A program made the translations under genes and the position numbers. Shown in pieces: positions 57,616 through 63,835 of a stretch of DNA of 63,835 nt. The first letter of the stretch is position 1. Every line of letters starts with the position of its first letter. Source of the stretch: Gammaproteobacteria bacterium (GTDB lineage Bacteria; Pseudomonadota; Gammaproteobacteria; JACCXJ01); contig JBQTJM010000017.1 in NCBI GenBank assembly GCA_052387115.1, forward strand, positions 1-63,835, in the 5' to 3' direction. A model generated the notes under the pieces. The model was not told the origin of the DNA, did no database searches, and saw nothing but the letters and a program-made list of their open reading frames with translations.

Positions 57616-57846
57616 ATGAAACCAAGGGTACTTGACACGGTGGTGTTGGAAAAAGACCTGCCGAGCCAGGGGCTACGGCGAGGCGACGTTGGAGCGGTGA
57701 TGGAAGTGTACGAACCGGATGGGCTGGAGGTCGAGTTCGTGACCGGTTCGGGTCGAACTCAGGCCCTGGTCACGCTGAAGGTGGCTGAAGTTCGCCTGAT
57801 CACCGATACCGATATTCTTGCGGTCCGGTCTTTGCGCGCGGCCTGA
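57616..57846 (+). CDS. DUF4926-family small protein.
   Basis: MKPRVLDTVVLEKDLPSQGLRRGDVGAVMEVYEPDGLEVEFVTGSGRTQALVTL. It starts 2 nt after the DUF6883 stop. Confidence 0.7.
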   Translation: MKPRVLDTVVLEKDLPSQGLRRGDVGAVMEVYEPDGLEVEFVTGSGRTQALVTLKVAEVRLITDTDILAVRSLRAA

Positions 57847-57953
57847 GCTGCGGCTAATAATATGCCAAACATAGACGCGCCAACCGGTGCCGCGCCGGTT
57901 AGGGCCGCCTGCGAGTCTTCCATGCTAGGGCGCACGAGCTTGCGAGCCGAAGT

Positions 57954-58001
57954 ATTGGAGGATAGTGGACCGGTTTATAATCTAGTCTTTTCTAGCCTAG
58001 A
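57954..58001 (+). promoter_or_regulatory. Sigma-70-like promoter plus a palindromic operator candidate upstream of the phd/yefM-like gene.
   Basis: TTGGAG (57954-57959), 16 nt, TATAAT (57976-57981). The palindrome TCTAGcCTAGA is at 57991-58001, with a further CTAG upstream. Confidence 0.45.
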
Positions 58002-58021
58002 GGTAGGCATACACGAGCATC

Positions 58022-58264
58022 ATGAAGACCGAGATCGGTTCCAATGAAGCCAAGACCAGGCTTCCGGAGTTGTTGCGCCAGGTGAAGAGCGGGAAGAGCT
58101 TTACTATCACCAATCGTGGAAAAGCCATCGCGGACCTCGTGCCCAGCGTCAGTGCGAGGACCAAGGACAAAGTGGCGGTCGTGGAAAAGCTCAAGGCATT
58201 TATGCTGGAAGCTCCAGTGCGGGGTGTGAATATAAAGGACCTCATCGAAGAGGGGCGTGCGTGA
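58022..58264 (+). CDS. Phd/YefM-family type II antitoxin.
   Basis: MKTEIGSNEAKTRLPELLRQVKSGKSFTITNRGKAIADLVP. Confidence 0.8.
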   Translation: MKTEIGSNEAKTRLPELLRQVKSGKSFTITNRGKAIADLVPSVSARTKDKVAVVEKLKAFMLEAPVRGVNIKDLIEEGRA

Positions 58265-58551
58265 GCTTCGTTCTCGACAATTCCGTGACCATGCGCTGGT
58301 TTTCTGGCGATGGGAAGCCACAAGAACTACGCTTCGCACGCGGAGTGCTCGATGCAATGAAGAATGCAAGCGCCCTTGTTCCGGTGACTTGGGGACTCGA
58401 GGTCGCCAACGTGATCGCCGCTTGCCTGCCTATGATATCCCGCCTCTGCCCGCGAATCCGCCGTATCAAACTCAGGGCGAATGATCTCCCGGGTTCCGCT
58501 GCATTGCACCCGGGCTATTTGCTTGCTACGCTTACTACAGAACCAAGTTAG
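58261..58551 (+). pseudogene. PIN-domain (VapC-like) toxin retaining only about the first 50 codons.
   Basis: VSFVLDNSVTMRWF...LVPVTWGLEVANVI is PIN-like. After about nt 58410 no frame continues the PIN fold. GTGA overlap with the antitoxin stop. Confidence 0.55.
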
Positions 58552-58562
58552 AGGCAATAGCG

Positions 58563-58793
58563 ATGGAGATATTCCCAGGCATTTCAATGGACTCCGGCAT
58601 CCGATTTGGTAAGCCCTGTTTGGCCGGGACACGGATCGATGTGGTCACGGTGGTCGGTACGCTTGCGGCTGGCGAAAGCTTTGAGGCTGTGGAACAGGCG
58701 TATGACCTTACCCACCAGCAGGTTCTAGATGCGCTTCGTTATGTGGCGCATGTGGCCGCCCATGTACCGCCGGCAGTGAAAGTGGCCTCGTGA
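58563..58793 (+). CDS. DUF433-family antitoxin-like protein.
   Basis: DSGIRFGKPCLAGTRIDVVTVVGTLAAGESFEAVEQAYDLTHQQVLDALRYVAH. Confidence 0.75.
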   Translation: MEIFPGISMDSGIRFGKPCLAGTRIDVVTVVGTLAAGESFEAVEQAYDLTHQQVLDALRYVAHVAAHVPPAVKVAS

Positions 58794-59080
58794 AACTATT
58801 GCTCGATGAGAATTTCCCGCTACCCCTTTATCATGAGTTGGGGGCAGCTGGATACGACGTAGAACACATCATCGTGCTCGGGCAACGTGGGCTCCCAGAC
58901 GCTGTGATCCGGCAGCGTCTCGCCTTAGAGGAGATCGTGTTTTTGACCATTCCTTCGCCCTGGACTTTTTCGTCAGCCCAATCTACGGGTTCTCGACGGA
59001 TCACGCGGACGTGCGCACCGGCGCGGCCGTCGCCGGAGGGCGTTGTTTGCGCGTGCGTGATATCATGGCACCCGGTTTGA
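58790..59080 (+). CDS. DUF5615 (Mut7-C/PIN-like) protein. The N-terminal half is typical; the C-terminal half is divergent or disrupted.
   Basis: MKLLLDENFPLPLYHELGAAGYDVEHIIVLGQRGLPDAVIRQ...IVFLT matches the family. The expected QDxDF continuation is absent. GTGA overlap with the DUF433 stop. Confidence 0.5.
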   Translation: MKLLLDENFPLPLYHELGAAGYDVEHIIVLGQRGLPDAVIRQRLALEEIVFLTIPSPWTFSSAQSTGSRRITRTCAPARPSPEGVVCACVISWHPV

Positions 59081-59110
59081 TATATCAGGTGCACCCCAGA
59101 GGCCATCGGC

Positions 59111-59353
59111 ATGCCGAGAACCATCATCAGCCTGACGCAGGAAGACAAAGAGTGGCTGGCGCAGCGCGCCCGTGCCGAGCAGGTGCCCGTGACGGAGTTG
59201 GTCCGCCGGGCGATTCACCTGTACCGGCAGCGGTCGCCGGAAATGGGGGCGCCGTCGTTCGAGGAGCTGATCCAGCGCACGACCGGGATCTGGGAAGCGG
59301 GTGACGGCCTCGAATACCAGAAGCGTCTACGCGCCGAGTGGGAACGCGGATGA
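59111..59353 (+). CDS. Ribbon-helix-helix (CopG-family) antitoxin.
   Basis: MPRTIISLTQEDKEWLAQRARAEQVPVTELVRRAIHLY. Confidence 0.75.
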   Translation: MPRTIISLTQEDKEWLAQRARAEQVPVTELVRRAIHLYRQRSPEMGAPSFEELIQRTTGIWEAGDGLEYQKRLRAEWERG

Positions 59354-59720
59354 TGGGGCCTCCTGGACTCCGTTATCCTGATCGACCATTTCAACGGCGT
59401 GACCGCGGCAACCGACTACCTCCGGCGGAACTGGACGTCGGCATCGGTTTCCGTCATCACGCGCCGAGGTGTTGACCGGTTTCCCGGCAGACCAGGAGAC
59501 GCTCGCCAAGCAGTTGCTAGACCGATTTCCCACGCTTCCGGCCGGCGCGGATGAGGCGGATCTCGCGGCGGCGTTGCGGCGGCAATACCGCTGGAAATTG
59601 CCCGATGCCTTGCAGGCCGCGATCGCCGTCAATCGCCGGTTGAAATTGGTGACCCGAAACACCAGGGACTTCGATCCCGCCCACCATTCGTTTGTGCTCA
59701 TTCCTTATACCCTGGCGTAA
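59351..59720 (+). pseudogene. VapC-type PIN toxin split by a frameshift in a CG repeat, with no in-frame ATG.
   Basis: GLLDSVILIDHFNGVTAATDYLRRNWTSASVSVITR is in one frame. AEVLTGFPADQETLAKQLL...LPDALQAAIAVNRRLKLVTRNTRDF follows in another. The junction is at acgcgccgag (59459-59468), where acgcgcgccgag would restore the frame. At the start, ATGGGGCC has one G too many for ATG GGC CTC CTG. Confidence 0.65.
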
Positions 59721-59921
59721 GGCCGGTCCCGAGCGGAACGCCAGTAGGCGGTTTCGCCGCATGGGGCGTCTCGTTCGGTGGGTCGCCCCTACGGCCCTGG
59801 ATCATACGAAAAGGCGCGAGCATACCGGGTTCGTTATGGCCCCTCCGGCACATGCCCGAGATGCTGGAGGGCTAACCTACCGTTCCGGGTTTGAGCTAAG
59901 ATGCCGGCAAGAGGCCCGCCC

Positions 59922-62000
<2,079 letters not shown>

Positions 62001-62011
62001 GCGCCTGCTCG

Positions 62012-62578
62012 ATGTTCTGCCAAGGCGAGATCCTGAGAGCGCTGACACGGCTCGGGGAGATCGCGTGGGACGCACAACGCATCCTAGACATGGCGGTTTA
62101 TGGTGGCTCGGCCATCGTCCTGGCGTGGGGGTTTCGGGTGTCCACCAAGGACGTGGATGCGGTCGTCCGAGGTGATCCGAGCTTTCTGCGCCGAGCCGTC
62201 CGACAGGTTGCGGAGGAACAGGGATGGCCCGAGGACTGGCTCAACGATGGCGTGAAGGGTTTCGTCTCCGGTAATGAGAGCCTGTGCTTGCAAGGCACCT
62301 ATCCGTCTCCGGAGCGGCCCGGACTGCGCGTCTATGTGCCCACCGCAGAGTACATGCTGGCGATGAAATGCATGGCGATGCGGGCCGAGGGTGTCGAGGA
62401 AGCGCGGGATATCGAGGATATTCGCCACTTGATCGGGATCACCGGATTGACCACCACCGAGCAGGTGCTGACCTTGGTGGAAGGCTTTTATCCCCGATCG
62501 CTCATTCCGCCCAGAGTGGCACTCGGTGTCGAAGAGATCGTCAACGATACTGGCCACGGCCATAAATCGCCGCCTTAG
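62012..62578 (+). CDS. Nucleotidyltransferase-fold protein (DUF6036-like, named from memory).
   Basis: ILDMAVYGGSAIVLAWGFRVSTKDVDAVV, ...WPEDWLNDGVKGF. It starts 12 nt after the yyaL-like stop. Confidence 0.6.
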   Translation: MFCQGEILRALTRLGEIAWDAQRILDMAVYGGSAIVLAWGFRVSTKDVDAVVRGDPSFLRRAVRQVAEEQGWPEDWLNDGVKGFVSGNESLCLQGTYPSPERPGLRVYVPTAEYMLAMKCMAMRAEGVEEARDIEDIRHLIGITGLTTTEQVLTLVEGFYPRSLIPPRVALGVEEIVNDTGHGHKSPP

Positions 62579-62641
62579 ATCCCCTCTCATCCCCTCTCCT
62601 TCGAGGCCCTCCGGGGGGGAGAGGGCTAGGGTGAGGGGATC
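62578..62641. repeat. REP-like imperfect palindrome; probably also acts as a terminator.
   Basis: gatcccctctcatcccctctcc, an 18-nt spacer, then ggagagggctagggtgaggggatc. A related half-element (ggaggggagatcccctcaccc) sits inside the hsdM remnant near 15285. Confidence 0.7.
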
Positions 62642-62691
62642 AAGAAAGGGCGATTTGTGACCGTGCGTGGTAGAGCTGTCGCAAGACGCGC

Positions 62692-63108
62692 GTGATAAAG
62701 CAAGGTAGCCGCCAAGATCGCCCCCGCTCGCTGCACGAAGTCGCCGAGCGGACGCGATCCGGGCAGTCCTTCGATCCGGGGTTACGCGAGTTCCTGGACG
62801 AGTTTTATAGCCATCCGGAACGCCGCCAGGACATGATCTCGGATGAGCCTTGCGCGGTCGGGGTCGTCCAGGATGCCTATCTGGCCGCGGTGGCGGAGCA
62901 CCTGGCCGAGTGTTGGCGGCTGCGTTGTCCGGACTGGGTCCAGGGGCCGCGGCGTTTTCTGCAACGGCCTTTTTTTGCGGGGGGCCTGGAGGATCTCAAG
63001 GCCACCCTGCTGGTGGAAAGCCCGGTCGCGTTCCGGCGCCGCATGCTGTTCGTCGGGAGGGACGTGCTCGACCGGCCGCGCCGGTTGTCGGCGGCGGGCG
63101 GTCGGTAG
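62692..63108 (+). CDS. Hypothetical protein, 138 aa.
   Basis: Open frame with coding-like composition (LREFLDEFYSHPERRQDMISDEP...LLVESPVAFRRRMLFVGRDVLDRP). GTG start. No family recognised. Confidence 0.45.
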   Translation: MIKQGSRQDRPRSLHEVAERTRSGQSFDPGLREFLDEFYSHPERRQDMISDEPCAVGVVQDAYLAAVAEHLAECWRLRCPDWVQGPRRFLQRPFFAGGLEDLKATLLVESPVAFRRRMLFVGRDVLDRPRRLSAAGGR

Positions 63109-63236
63109 CGGCAGCCCGGGGATTCACGGCAGTCGCGATAGCGGGGCCGGTTTGCTCCGGCATCCTTTCGCGGCTATCGGGGAACCGGCCGTTTTGCCGC
63201 CTTCCAGTTCGACCCGGAGGTCCTCCAAGGACATTG

Positions 63237-63459
63237 ATGAAACCAACTGGCCGGGGGTGACGTTGCTGAAATCGCAGATGAGAAAGACGGCTGGAGCAAG
63301 CTCGCAAAACATCTGAAGGCCGAGATCGACGAGGTGCTGATCGAGACCTATCGCGGCACGGCGTCCCTGCCGTTTGCCGCCGGGGATCACCGGCGGGCGG
63401 CGGTCAAGATCATCGACGACCGGGGGATCGAAAGCCTCAAGATACTAAAGGTGCCGTAA
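63237..63459 (+). pseudogene. Small antitoxin-like gene, translationally coupled to the nucleotidyltransferase fragment, with its ATG out of frame at a G5 run.
   Basis: ATG 63237 gives MKPTGRG then a stop. The body reads DVAEIADEKDGWSKLAKHLKAEIDEVLIETYRGTASLPFAAGDHRRAAVKIIDDRGIESLKILKVP and ends in TAATG at 63457-63461. Four G's instead of five at 63253-63257 would restore a 73-aa ORF. Confidence 0.45.
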
Positions 63460-63600
63460 TGAGCGCATGCATCATGATACCGGGCGAAGCAGTTACGGCG
63501 TTTTGCCAGCGCTGGAACATCACCGAGATGGCGTTGGTCGGTTCCGTGCTGCGTCCGGATTTCAAACCGGACAGCGACATTGACGTCCTAGCCCGACTTA
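63459..63600 (+). pseudogene. N-terminal fragment of a minimal nucleotidyltransferase (MNT-like).
   Basis: AFCQRWNITEMALVGSVLRPDFKPDSDIDVL is the NTase G-S...DxD core. After DVLA no frame continues the fold, and the convergent gene ends at 63686. Confidence 0.55.
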
Positions 63601-63685
63601 GCCGGCGCGGCCGAATCTCGGCGACGGGTCTCGGAACGCGCGGCTGTCGGGACCCGCGACGCTCGTCCCGGCCGACCGGGGCGGG

Positions 63686-63835
63686 CTACTCCTTCTTGAA
63701 GAAGTAAGACCCGAACGGCCCCTTCAAGGTCATGGTATCGGGTTTCTTATCGATGAGGGCGAAGGTGTCGCCGTTCCGGGTGACGATCTTGCCGTCCTTG
63801 ACCTCAAAACTCTCTTCTATCGTCCCTTCACTCCC
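63686..63835 (-). CDS. 3' end (49 codons plus stop) of a gene entering from the right edge; function unknown.
   Basis: The reverse strand reads GSEGTIEESFEVKDGKIVTRNGDTFALIDKKPDTMTLKGPFGSYFFKKE then TAG (63686-63688). It is absent from the ORF track because no start codon lies inside the window. Confidence 0.5.
   Translation of the reverse strand, partial: GSEGTIEESFEVKDGKIVTRNGDTFALIDKKPDTMTLKGPFGSYFFKKE

Overview
This is a high-GC, gene-dense chromosomal window, probably from a gammaproteobacterium (inferred only from gene content and order). I re-called many start codons from the sequence because the ORF-track starts often lie upstream of the real ones.

Layout, left to right:
- 1-121: the first 12 codons of a transposase-like gene and a subterminal direct repeat.
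- 275-5071: a di-haem peroxidase-like gene, a secreted proline-rich protein, and an orphan REC-PAS-AAA+ sigma-54 activator.
- 5224-12002: a tightly coupled regulatory operon, rpoN-hpf-ptsN-hprK-rapZ-EIIA(Man)-HPr-ptsI, with no PTS permease.
- 12.0-16.3 kb: a decayed accessory islet. It starts at a frameshifted 177-bp copy of an internal pgk segment. It holds a 309-aa unknown protein coupled to a PIN toxin, a wHTH-nucleotidyltransferase with a dead HEPN partner, and an hsdM remnant.
- 16334-22864: housekeeping genes pgk, gap, a thioredoxin-like gene, metK, ahcY and metF.
- 22.9-36.8 kb: an exopolysaccharide locus of the PEP-CTERM/exosortase type. It has a PrsR-like sigma-54 regulator, an ExeA-like ATPase, galE, a GT4 glycosyltransferase and an AsnB-like amidotransferase, followed by a six-gene envelope-modification block. 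No exosortase is visible.
- 36.8-43.7 kb: a Ser/Thr kinase fused to a cNMP-binding domain, a PQQ-type sugar dehydrogenase, a lipoprotein, dacB, an SDR and a membrane protein.
- 43.7-57.2 kb: the most unusual part. It is a same-strand cluster of an FHA-FHA-ABC exporter, two paralogous zinc-ribbon membrane Ser/Thr kinases plus a kinase remnant, a secreted vWA protein, a glycine-zipper lipoprotein, an M48 protease, a large repeat/TPR protein, two small DUF4359-like membrane proteins and a disrupted TPR lipoprotein. I do not recognise it as a described system.
- 57.3-59.7 kb: five back-to-back toxin-antitoxin pairs, most visibly broken.
- 59.9-63.8 kb: a yyaL-like thioredoxin-domain gene and further nucleotidyltransferase/antitoxin remnants.

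I found no rRNA, convincing tRNA or CRISPR array. All family names come from motifs read by eye and from memory. None has been confirmed by a search.
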